DNA from: Synechocystis sp. PCC 6803 substr. PCC-P
GTDB taxonomy: Bacteria > Cyanobacteriota > Cyanobacteriia > Cyanobacteriales > Microcystaceae
Length of the DNA stretch: 32,000 nucleotides
NCBI RefSeq assembly: GCF_000284455.1
Contig: NC_017039.1
Location: 1,860,001 to 1,892,000, forward strand
Direction: 5' to 3'
This document shows positions 19,011 through 27,425 of the stretch, piece after piece; the first letter of the stretch is position 1; each line of letters begins with the position of its first letter. The position numbers and the translations under genes are program-made. The notes below the pieces were generated by a model. That model had not been told where the DNA came from. It did no database searches and saw only the letters and a program-made list of their open reading frames with translations.

Positions 19011-19733
19011 TTAACCCTGACGGAAACCAAGTAAACGAATATATTCATCTTGTACTAATTGATAGCATTCACAGCTAGTTTTTTTAAGGGCATCGTAGTC
19101 CAACAAAGTTATTTTTCCCCGACGATAGGTGATCATGCCGGATTGTTGGAGAGAGTTCGCTGCAATGGTTACCCCCGATCGCCGGACTCCGAGCATATTA
19201 GCGACAAATTCTTGGGTAAGGGGTATCTCGTCCACTTGAAGACAGTCATGGACAGACATTAACCAACGGGCTAGACGTTCTTCAATTTTATGTTGGCGAT
19301 TACAGGCGGCACTCTGGGAAACCTGGGTGAGTCTGGCTTGGGTATAGAGCAACAAAATTCTCTGCAGTTGGGGAGACTGCTCAAACTCTCGTAAAAGTAT
19401 ATGGGCACTTAGTTTCCAAGCTTCCCCTTGCACCTGGACGATGACCTGGCTTGTGGTTTGTTTTCCCCCCAGAATAATGGGCAATCCCACCATTCCTTCA
19501 TTGCCAATTAAACCAATTTCTGTGGTGGAGCCATCTTCCATAATTGAGACAACGGAAATCATAGCTGTATTGGGAAAATAGGCAAATTCCATCACCTCAT
19601 TGGGCTCGTATAGTACTGTGCCGGTCTTGTAGACAACTTTTTTGAGATGGGGCGCTAAACGTTTATAAGCTTCGACGGGGAGGAGTCCTAATAACTGATT
19701 TAATTTTATGGGAGGATTATTGGTCATTGGCAA
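19011..19733 (-). CDS. Crp/Fnr family transcriptional regulator
   Basis: cNMP-like beta-roll (VLYEPNEVMEFAYFPNTAMISVV...GLIGNEGMVGLPIILG) and C-terminal winged HTH (EIPLTQEFVANMLGVRRSGVTIAANSLQQSGMITYRRGKITLLD). Confidence 0.88.
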   Translation of the reverse strand: MPMTNNPPIKLNQLLGLLPVEAYKRLAPHLKKVVYKTGTVLYEPNEVMEFAYFPNTAMISVVSIMEDGSTTEIGLIGNEGMVGLPIILGGKQTTSQVIVQVQGEAWKLSAHILLREFEQSPQLQRILLLYTQARLTQVSQSAACNRQHKIEERLARWLMSVHDCLQVDEIPLTQEFVANMLGVRRSGVTIAANSLQQSGMITYRRGKITLLDYDALKKTSCECYQLVQDEYIRLLGFRQG

Positions 19734-20353
19734 TGCAATTAATTAAAAATGGCATCTCAATTCACTAACAATCATAAGGGTTGTATGCTAACGCCACTTA
19801 GATTCATTTGAATTAAAATGTTTATGACTCCTTGTCTCCCAAAGCTTGGAAAAATTTACTCTGCACGATAAGCTGATCTCTGTATAGAGTAAGGATTGTG
19901 CGCAAACGGGACGCCGGTCAGGCCCAAACCAAGAGTTTATCTTCGGAACTACATTCTTATCTGTACGAAACAGGACTTTAGGAGAATTTATTAATAGAAA
20001 ATTTTCCGGCCATAGTCAATATCAAGGCGATTTAGTCTCGACTTCAACCTTTTTACTCTGTAATTCATAAATCTTTTAATCCGATTTAGTGAAAATAATC
20101 AATTCTCTATGGCCTCGATGATGGCGATCGCCAAAACTTGATAGCTGGTGCCGATTTTATTTTTTTCGGTAACTAAGTATCTCTATTAGACTTGATACAA
20201 AACAGGATTCTACAGTGAGAAATACTAAATTTATTAGCGTTTTTTTCTGTCTGTGTTGGGTCCGATTTCACTGTGGGGGCGATCGCCAAGGGTGGAGTAA
20301 TCAGCAACCTTCCAACAATAGATAAAATAAATATTTAGTGAAAAAATATTGAC

Positions 20354-20369
20354 ATTAAGATATCTTAAT
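20354..20369. repeat. 16-bp perfect palindrome ATTAAGATATCTTAAT, bracketed by TTGAC on both sides
   Basis: Read directly: ...TATTGAC ATTAAGATATCTTAAT TGACTC... The sequence equals its own reverse complement. Confidence 0.85.
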
Positions 20370-20407
20370 TGACTCTCGGTGATCTCTTCTTCAAAAGGAG
20401 TGAAGTC

Positions 20408-20461
20408 ATGACCAGTTCTAGCATTGATGGCGTGGGGGTGGCATTTTTAGTACGGGTTTAG
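20408..20461 (+). CDS. Candidate 17-aa small ORF (MTSSSIDGVGVAFLVRV)
   Basis: ATG at 20408, TAG at 20459-20461, with AAAAGGAG about 8 nt upstream of the ATG. Sits in an otherwise ORF-free 1.2-kb gap. Confidence 0.3.
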   Translation: MTSSSIDGVGVAFLVRV

Positions 20462-20944
20462 ACCGGCGATCGGTTGCTTAAAAATAACAGGGTGACGGAG
20501 TTCTTCCGCTGGATATGTTCACCGTAGGAGGACAATTGCTCGGAGTAGTTGACACCACCAGTGCAAAACCTTAATTAGGTAATTAGATTTTAAAACCGCA
20601 TAAACTCATAATTTCTATTGGATCGTACCTGCGCCAATGATCATAGTGTTAATGCATCACAAAAATGATTGAGGAATTAACGTAGTTTTGCCCTGGTCAA
20701 GACGGAGAGCGGTATAGGTTTGTCATCCTTTCTTCGCGCCTTTGCGTCCATCCGTCGGATTTTGTTCGGTTTTACGCCTAAGGGGGAAAGGAAAATGGGC
20801 TTACCATCAGGGAGAGAGGCCACACAAGACTGCTGAGTCTGTTAAATTGCAGTGGCAAAAAGTTTGCTATTTCCTATTCCCTTTCAGAACATCGTCCCCC
20901 GTTGTTACCGCTGTTAACTTTCCCATCCTAAAAATCTGGTTCCC

Positions 20945-22339
20945 GTGAATGAAGTTTGCCTAAAGTTGAGTGATTTGTTTGTGTCTTCCGGTTGGGGAGG
21001 ATATGACCGAGGGCGGGCTCCCCAGTGGGCCCATCCCAGAGCACAGCAACAATGGTTTGGGGCGATCGCCGCTTTGGAACCATTTTTAAGACAAACTTTG
21101 CCCAATGTTGGGGGAGAATTACCGGGAATTTGTTTGACGGGCCCTGCCCCAGTGCTGAAAGATGCGGTGCTGGTGCGAAATTTTTACCAAGGCATTGCCA
21201 CCCCCTGGGAAGAGTTTTCCCCCTGGCCCTGTTTAGCTGGCGAGGAATCCGAATGGAGTGCTGTCCCCCCCATGCGGGAAATTCCCCTGTTTCCCCAGGA
21301 CCCCTTGGCGGAAGAGCAATTTTGCTGGCTGATGACCCCCCAATTTGGTCTGCTATTGCTGTTGGGCAAAAATGAGCAGGGTTTGGCCCAGTTCTACTGG
21401 ACTTTTGACCCAGAAATTTTGCAGCAAGCTTGGTTAAGCCTCCAGGCCCGCCTCAAATATGGCCTAAGTCCTGATCTGTCCCTCTTGCAAAAAACCATAG
21501 CGGCTTTTAATTTTCCCCAGCCCGATTTCCGTTTGGTGACTTACTTTGGGCAATTGATGTTGGACTACCAGCCCAATCCCTATAATCTTCCCCCATGCCA
21601 AGAACAGGAATCGGCGGAACCATCCCCGGATGTGGAACTGCTCCAAGCCTTAACCCATGAGGTGCGGACTCCCCTGACTAGCATTCGCACCCTAACCAAG
21701 TTGTTATTGCGTCGCAAAGACCTTTCCCCGGAAGTGCTCAAACGAATTGAATCCATTGACCGGGAGTGTAGCGATCAAATCAGCCGCATGGACCTGATTT
21801 TCCGAGCCACGGAATTGGAATCAACCCCCCTGCCGGAATTGGTGGTGCCCCTGACGGTGACATCCTTAGAAGCGGTGTTCCAAGCTGGCATTCCCCGCTG
21901 GCAAAAACAGGCCCAGCGCTATAACGTCAATTTACAAGCTCAGATTCCCCATTCTTTGCCCCAGGTGTGGAGTAACCCCAGTTTGTTAGACCAGGTGCTG
22001 GGGGGCATGATTGAAAAATTTGTGCGGAATTTCAACGGCGGCGGAGAGATCAATTTACAGATCACCACTGCCGGTGACCAGTTAAAAGTGCAGTTCCATA
22101 CCCAGTCAGTACACCAAGCCAATCCCGTCAGGGCTCTGGGGGAATTGTTGATGTTCCAGCCCCAAACCGGTTGCCTGAGTTTAAATTGGGATGTGACCAA
22201 AAATCTCTTCCAACTCCTGGGAGGTAAGTTAATCGTCAGACGGCGATCGCCATCGGAGGAGATACTAACCATTTACCTTAAATGTGAACAAAGGACTGTG
22301 CCTGTGGCCAACTACGATAGGCAGTTCACCATGGTCTAG
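20945..22339 (+). CDS. Sensor histidine kinase (Hik34-like, from memory of PCC 6803); GTG start
   Basis: H-box ALTHEVRTPLTSIRTLTKLLLRRKDLSPEVLKRIESIDRECSDQISRMDLI; C-terminal HATPase-like region ending TKNLFQLLGGKLIVRRRSPSEEILTIYLKC. Confidence 0.85.
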   Translation: MNEVCLKLSDLFVSSGWGGYDRGRAPQWAHPRAQQQWFGAIAALEPFLRQTLPNVGGELPGICLTGPAPVLKDAVLVRNFYQGIATPWEEFSPWPCLAGEESEWSAVPPMREIPLFPQDPLAEEQFCWLMTPQFGLLLLLGKNEQGLAQFYWTFDPEILQQAWLSLQARLKYGLSPDLSLLQKTIAAFNFPQPDFRLVTYFGQLMLDYQPNPYNLPPCQEQESAEPSPDVELLQALTHEVRTPLTSIRTLTKLLLRRKDLSPEVLKRIESIDRECSDQISRMDLIFRATELESTPLPELVVPLTVTSLEAVFQAGIPRWQKQAQRYNVNLQAQIPHSLPQVWSNPSLLDQVLGGMIEKFVRNFNGGGEINLQITTAGDQLKVQFHTQSVHQANPVRALGELLMFQPQTGCLSLNWDVTKNLFQLLGGKLIVRRRSPSEEILTIYLKCEQRTVPVANYDRQFTMV

Positions 22340-22356
22340 GGGCTCAACCGAGAGTT

Positions 22357-23691
22357 TCAATGGCCTGAAATTTGCCGCAGTAAGCCTGGGGTAATAAAGG
22401 TCAAAAGGCCAATGGCGATCGCCCCGGCTCCAATGACTATCAATGCCGGTACAAGGCGGGATTGCCAAAATCGTTCCCTGGCCGCCGTCGTTAGCTTGCC
22501 AGTTTCCCAATAAACCCAATCATCCCCTAGATGACTAGCCAGACTACGATTCCCCGATAGCAGCAACACAATGCCATTGCCCGTTTCTGGATTAACTCGC
22601 AAAGTGTGGTTCAGAGCGGGCATATTGCCCCCGTCATGGCCGATCACAGCTCCCCCACTGGTGGTGGTTTGGTACAGCATCATACCTAAACCCCAGGTGC
22701 CATCGGTGCCCGGTTGGGCCGTTGCCATCCTTTGCAAAGTGTCAGCTTTCAAAACCGAGTTGGGTTGGAGATGGGCCTGGGCGAATTTAACCATGTCAGC
22801 CAAACTGGCGTAGAGGGAAGCGGCCCCGGTGGCAGTGAAATGGCGGGGAGGGCTGGGCTGTAAATCTTCGGTAAAACTAGTGGCCAAATTATTAGCTCTT
22901 CCCTGGTCAACAATGGTTGGCCAATCAAAATTCGCCCCGGTCATACCCAACGGGTGCAGAATTTGCTCCTGCATAAATTCAGCAAAGGATTGTCCCGTCA
23001 CCTCCTCCACTAACAGTTGCAAAACGGTATAACCGCCCCCGGAGTAGCTAAACTCTTCTCCCGGTGGATAAACTGCCTCCACCCCCCTTGGTTCCCCAAA
23101 GGCCACATCTTTTGTTAGGGTCAAAGACTGTTCCAGGGTTTGCAACGGTTGCCCCGGCAAAAATCCTCCATAGCCTAAATGATCGTTCTGTCCCCCGGTA
23201 TGGCTCAACAGTTGGGCAATGGTTACCTCTCCTCGGTAAGGACTATCAGCAGGAAATTGCCAACGGCGAAGATGGGATAAAACTGGATCGTCTAAATTAA
23301 TCTGTCCCATTTCCACCAATTTCATTACCCCCCAGGCCGTAACCAGTTTACTCACAGAAGCCATTTGGTAGAGGGTATTTTCTGGGTCAACGGGGGAACC
23401 GGAATCAACATTCTCCACTCCCACCGTATGTATGGTGTCCACTTTGCCATTGTGGATTAGGGCTAGGGCCGCACTGCCCAACTCCTTGCCTTCCCCTTGG
23501 TTAAGGCGATCGATTAAATATTGGTTAAGGGAAGCTCGATCACCAGGGCGTAGGGGAGGATGGGAAAACCAAATACTTTCCCCCCATAACACTGCCCCCA
23601 CCAGTAAACTCCAAATGAGCAGGGCAGTAGTGCCGGTTAAAACCTTTTTCAAGCTCTTGTTTGCCGAGGTAAAACTTGCTGATAGTCTCAA
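22357..23691 (-). CDS. Serine beta-lactamase / penicillin-binding protein 4-like (class C beta-lactamase family)
   Basis: SxxK motif in YQMASVSKLVTAWGVMKLVEMG, YSGGGYTVLQLLVEEVTG, QLLSHTGGQ, and HDGGN near the C-terminus. N-terminal TM plus C-terminal TM region. Confidence 0.87.
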   Translation of the reverse strand: MRLSASFTSANKSLKKVLTGTTALLIWSLLVGAVLWGESIWFSHPPLRPGDRASLNQYLIDRLNQGEGKELGSAALALIHNGKVDTIHTVGVENVDSGSPVDPENTLYQMASVSKLVTAWGVMKLVEMGQINLDDPVLSHLRRWQFPADSPYRGEVTIAQLLSHTGGQNDHLGYGGFLPGQPLQTLEQSLTLTKDVAFGEPRGVEAVYPPGEEFSYSGGGYTVLQLLVEEVTGQSFAEFMQEQILHPLGMTGANFDWPTIVDQGRANNLATSFTEDLQPSPPRHFTATGAASLYASLADMVKFAQAHLQPNSVLKADTLQRMATAQPGTDGTWGLGMMLYQTTTSGGAVIGHDGGNMPALNHTLRVNPETGNGIVLLLSGNRSLASHLGDDWVYWETGKLTTAARERFWQSRLVPALIVIGAGAIAIGLLTFITPGLLRQISGH

Positions 23692-23766
23692 ATTTTAGCG
23701 GAAAATTTCTGGGGTTTTGCTAGAATCAGTCAGAGTTGCCTTACCCGCCCATATTTGCCAAAACCT

Positions 23767-23955
23767 ATGACGACCCATTTCATCACTGCTGAAATTGACC
23801 TCCAGGAAAATCCCCTGCAACTGCAACAGGAAATTGAACAGGAATTGGCTAAACGGGGCGATCCCCTGCGGTGGGCGGTGACAGCGGTGGATAAAGAGCA
23901 ACAAAAAGCCCAGGTGGAAGCGGTGGTGACGGTGACGGCGGTGCAGGAAGTCTAG
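23767..23955 (+). CDS. Small hypothetical protein (62 aa)
   Basis: MTTHFITAEIDLQENPLQLQQEIEQELAKRGDPLRWAVTAVDKEQQKAQVEAVVTVTAVQEV. Plausible compact fold with start at 23767, between annotated-looking genes. Confidence 0.55.
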   Translation: MTTHFITAEIDLQENPLQLQQEIEQELAKRGDPLRWAVTAVDKEQQKAQVEAVVTVTAVQEV

Positions 23956-24127
23956 AAAAAAAGGTTAAGAGCCTGTTTTAAAAGCCCCCCTGGCCCCCCA
24001 AATTTGGGAAGAAATTGAGTGAAAGTTCCCCAGTATTGCCGGAGTTTTAGTGGGTCGAGTTAGGGGGCGGGATAAAACTTTCCAAACACGTTCTAAGTTT
24101 TACTAGTTCCAGTCTTTTACGGTCACT

Positions 24128-25174
24128 TTGAGTTATAACGTCACTTTAATTATTCCCACTGGGGTGGGGGCGGCCCTTGGTGGTTACGCTGGGGATGCTC
24201 TACCGATCGCCAGGGCCATTTCCCAGGTGTGTGATCGCCTCATTACCCATCCCAATGTGTTAAACGGGGCCCAGCTTTATTACCCCATACCCAACGCCCT
24301 TTATGTGGAAGGTTACGCCCTGGATCGCTTTGCCCAGGGAGATTGGGGTTTAACTCCTGTGGGTAACAACGCCATTGGCCTAATTTTGGATCAAGGCATT
24401 GAAGAGGATTTGCGCTGGCGACATTTACAGGTGGCGGACGGGGCTCGGGCTACCCTGGGTTTAACCCTGACGGATTACGTTGTTACTGATGAACCCTTGG
24501 GGGTGGAATTGCGCCTGTCGGACTCTGGCACTAGTTGGGGCACCATTGCTAACCCAGAAAGTTTATTGCGGGCGGCGGATAAGTTATTGACCCAGACCCA
24601 AGCCCAGGCGATCGCCGTCATTGCTCGCTTTCCCGATGATGTGGGCACTCAAGTGCTGGCTGATTATCGCCATGGCCATGGGGTGGATCCCTTGGCCGGA
24701 GCGGAAGCGGTCATTTCCCATTTAATTGTGCGGCAATTTCAAGTGCCCTGTGCCCATGCCCCAGCGTTGAGTCCTTTGCCTTTAGACCCAGACATTTCCC
24801 CCCGGTCAGCGGCGGAGGAATTGGGCTACACTTTTTTACCCTGTGTATTGATGGGACTGAGTCGGGCTCCCCATTACCAAAGATTTCCCAATGCCCAGGG
24901 CCAAACCCTCTGGAGTCGGGATGTGAATGCTGTGGTTGTGCCCGCCAGCGCCTGCGGTGGTTCCGCTTTGATGAGTTTTAGCCAATCTTCTGCCCGCATC
25001 ATTGCAGTGGAAAATAACTCTACCCAGCTAGAAGTCTATGGCGAAGACCTAGGCATTTCTGTGGTTAGGGTAAACTCTTATTTAGAGGCGATCGGAGTGC
25101 TCTGTGCAGACCGTGCAGGCATTAACCTTGATTGTTTCCAACCGGATTTTCCCCTTCTTCACCGCCTACCCTGA
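24128..25174 (+). CDS. DUF3326-family conserved protein
   Basis: LIIPTGVGAALGGYAGDALPIARAIS...THPNVLNGAQLYYPIPNALYVEGYALDRFAQGDW and DVNAVVVPASACGGSALMSFSQSSARIIAVENN. Confidence 0.75.
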   Translation: MSYNVTLIIPTGVGAALGGYAGDALPIARAISQVCDRLITHPNVLNGAQLYYPIPNALYVEGYALDRFAQGDWGLTPVGNNAIGLILDQGIEEDLRWRHLQVADGARATLGLTLTDYVVTDEPLGVELRLSDSGTSWGTIANPESLLRAADKLLTQTQAQAIAVIARFPDDVGTQVLADYRHGHGVDPLAGAEAVISHLIVRQFQVPCAHAPALSPLPLDPDISPRSAAEELGYTFLPCVLMGLSRAPHYQRFPNAQGQTLWSRDVNAVVVPASACGGSALMSFSQSSARIIAVENNSTQLEVYGEDLGISVVRVNSYLEAIGVLCADRAGINLDCFQPDFPLLHRLP

Positions 25175-25180
25175 ATATCT

Positions 25181-25765
25181 GTGTCTTCATCCAATAGTCC
25201 TTCCGAAATGGAGCCCCTAAGCCGTACCCAAATTTTGGGGGTGATGGGATTCACAGCGGTGCTACTGCTGATCATTGCTAAGCTTTGGCAATGGTGGGGG
25301 GATGTCACCCTGTTAAAAATCAGTTTTAATGTTCCAGACGCTTTATTGGGATTGGGTTTAGCAACTGCAATCATTCTGACCAGTGGGTTAATTTATCGGA
25401 TTTGGCCTGCCTATCGGGTCAGTGCCGATGCCTACCTTGCCTTTGTGATTAAACCCCTGGTATGGGCAGATTTGCTCTGGTTAGGACTATTGCCCGGTTT
25501 AAGTGAAGAATTACTGTTTCGGGGAGTGATGCTTTCCGCCTTGGGGGGAGGTGTTTTGGCGGTGGTGGTTTCCAGCCTAGTATTTGGCGTTTTGCACCTC
25601 AGTAGTACGGAGCAATGGCCCTACGTGGTGTGGGCAACGGTGGTGGGGTTAGTGTTGGGCTATGGGGCGATCGCCAGCGGCAATTTAATGGTGCCTATTG
25701 TGGCCCACATTCTCACCAACTGGGTTTCCAGTGCCCTATGGAAATTCAACCACCGTCAAGGGTAA
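25181..25765 (+). CDS. CPBP family intramembrane glutamic endopeptidase
   Basis: Motif 1 PGLSEELLFRGVML, motif 2 VVSSLVFGVLH, motif 3 MVPIVAHILTNW, within a multi-TM protein. Confidence 0.9.
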   Translation: MSSSNSPSEMEPLSRTQILGVMGFTAVLLLIIAKLWQWWGDVTLLKISFNVPDALLGLGLATAIILTSGLIYRIWPAYRVSADAYLAFVIKPLVWADLLWLGLLPGLSEELLFRGVMLSALGGGVLAVVVSSLVFGVLHLSSTEQWPYVVWATVVGLVLGYGAIASGNLMVPIVAHILTNWVSSALWKFNHRQG

Positions 25766-25894
25766 AAGGGTAATTAGTGAAACTAAATTAGGTTGAGTTT
25801 GATTCCCCTTAGTGCGTTATCTGGAAGAATTTCAACTCGATTAACGTCTCTGTTCGGAGGCTAGCCCCATTGCCCGATCGCCGAAGGATGGGGT

Positions 25895-25900
25895 TATAAT
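25895..25900 (+). promoter_or_regulatory. Perfect -10 hexamer TATAAT, candidate promoter for the structured non-coding region
   Basis: TATAAT read directly at 25895-25900. No convincing -35 at optimal spacing (TTGCCC lies about 19 nt upstream). Confidence 0.35.
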
Positions 25901-25906
25901 GGCAGG

Positions 25907-26157
25907 GAAGTAACTACCGCGTTGGTGACTGCCAACAACGTTTTTTGATCTATGCTTGAAAAATAAGGGTGTCTCTGTGCATTCTGCGTGGTAGTAGACC
26001 GGGCTCGTACCCGGAAACGAAAACGAGAATTGATGACTCCCCCCTGGTTACACCAGGTCATAAACTGAGGTAAAACGGCGTGGTGGTGCTTCTCCTCTGC
26101 TTCTCAGGTTTATCCCTCCCCCCAGAACGGGTTTGAGCTGATTGCTCCCGATTTTTT
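25907..26157 (+). ncRNA. Candidate structured non-coding RNA
   Basis: Non-coding gap of about 420 nt between two genes facing each other. Contains stems ACTACCGCG/CGTGGTAGT, CCGGG-CTCGTA-CCCGG, CCTGG-TTACA-CCAGG, ATAAACTGAG/CTCAGGTTTAT and a rho-independent-like terminator. Confidence 0.45.
26128..26157 (+). terminator. Rho-independent terminator-like hairpin
   Basis: CGGGTTTGAGCTGATTGCTCCCG (outer CGGG/CCCG, inner GAGC/GCTC) followed by ATTTTTT. Confidence 0.55.
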
Positions 26158-26186
26158 CCGTCATTCTACATAGTTACCCCAACGCC

Positions 26187-27290
26187 CTAAGCCAGGGATT
26201 CCGGCAGTACTTCTACCTGTTCCTCGGTATCGATTTCTTCGTTCTCAGTTTTTCCAGCCCGCATATCATCAATCACTTTCTTGATCACACTGGCGATCGG
26301 TACGGCTAGCAACACGCCCAGTAAGCCAGCTATTTCCGCCCCAATAAAAATTGAAATTAAAATCCAGACCGGATTTAAACCAATTTTGTCCCCCATTAAT
26401 TTAGGCGCAACACCGTTGTCGGTAATTTGGTCAATGACAATGGCGCTGACAAAAAATTTCACCGCTACAACCCAGCCTTTTAATAACAAAACTAAGGTTC
26501 CAATCAGGGTAACTACAGCTCCAGCAAAAGGAATTAAACTAGCTAACCCCAAACTGAAGGCAAAAAGAATGCTGTAGGGAATGCCCAAGGCCATAAAAAC
26601 CACTAACCTAGCCATACTGGAACCAGCGGCAAGAATTAAACGGCTAATGAAATAATCTCGAAAAATTTCACCGGCATATTGGGGGATTTTTTTCTCCCAG
26701 GGTGAGGGTAACCAACTTAGAATTCCCTGCCAAAAAGTATCTCCTCCCACCAGCAAGAAAATAGTCAAAACCAGAATGACCAGGGTATCTACCACCCCAC
26801 CGATGGTTTCCGTTAATACTTTTAAACTGATTTGTCCGATGCGGTCTAATTCCTTGCTTAAAGTTAGGTAAGCTTTCTGAAATAAATCATCGACATTGAC
26901 CCCCGCATTATCCAAAGTTAAAAACAAAGTAGAGTTTTTCAGGTTGGCTAAATGCTCTTGACTGCCGCTGAGCCAACGGGGAATATCTTGGGAAAGATTG
27001 CCCAATTGATTACCCATTAAGGGAATAAGGGTGATGCCTCCCAAGGCGATGAGGGCAAAGCTGATGGTGATGACAGCAAAAATTGCCAGCCTTTTACCAA
27101 TCCCTTTACTGACCAAAAAATTGATGGTTAATTTGAGCAGGAAAGTCACTAGGGTGGCAATGATGATGTAGTCAAAGAGTTCCCGAAAGCGATTAATAAT
27201 CAAACTCAGCAAAACCCCATTCAGAAAAAAGATGGGAAAAATCAACATTAGCTTCAGCCAACCCGGTAAAGATTTAATTAACTGAGTCAT
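26187..27290 (-). CDS. AI-2E/PerM family (UPF0118) membrane transporter
   Basis: Multi-TM protein with VDTLVILVLTIFLLVGGDTFWQG, YSILFAFSLGLASLIPFAGAVVTLIG, GDKIGLNPVWILISIFIGAEIAGLLGVLLAVPIASVIKKVIDD. Confidence 0.88.
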   Translation of the reverse strand: MTQLIKSLPGWLKLMLIFPIFFLNGVLLSLIINRFRELFDYIIIATLVTFLLKLTINFLVSKGIGKRLAIFAVITISFALIALGGITLIPLMGNQLGNLSQDIPRWLSGSQEHLANLKNSTLFLTLDNAGVNVDDLFQKAYLTLSKELDRIGQISLKVLTETIGGVVDTLVILVLTIFLLVGGDTFWQGILSWLPSPWEKKIPQYAGEIFRDYFISRLILAAGSSMARLVVFMALGIPYSILFAFSLGLASLIPFAGAVVTLIGTLVLLLKGWVVAVKFFVSAIVIDQITDNGVAPKLMGDKIGLNPVWILISIFIGAEIAGLLGVLLAVPIASVIKKVIDDMRAGKTENEEIDTEEQVEVLPESLA

Positions 27291-27425
27291 TATTAATAGC
27301 CACAAAAGTAGAATAAATGATTAAGTTTATAGTCAGGCTAAAAAAATATTTGTGGAACTTATTTAAGTATACTCAAAGGCTTTGGCAACGTTACAAGAAC
27401 ACCTTTAGATTAATTAAAAAGAAGA

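Noticed and set aside
20742-20948. 68-aa ORF just upstream of the histidine kinase gene (MRPSVGFCSVLRLRGKGKWAYHQGERP...)
   Set aside because: Low-quality composition, crosses into the kinase start, no plausible domain. More likely 5' leader sequence.
22571-23698. Plus-strand ORFs over the PBP4-like gene
   Set aside because: Antisense to a gene with clear SxxK catalytic features. No independent support.
25840-26160. tRNA, tmRNA, RNase P RNA or SRP RNA identity for the structured intergenic region
   Set aside because: No GGTTCRANYCC T-loop, no CCA-ended acceptor, no rnpB core consensus and no SRP GGAAG/AGCA tetraloop motif could be seen.
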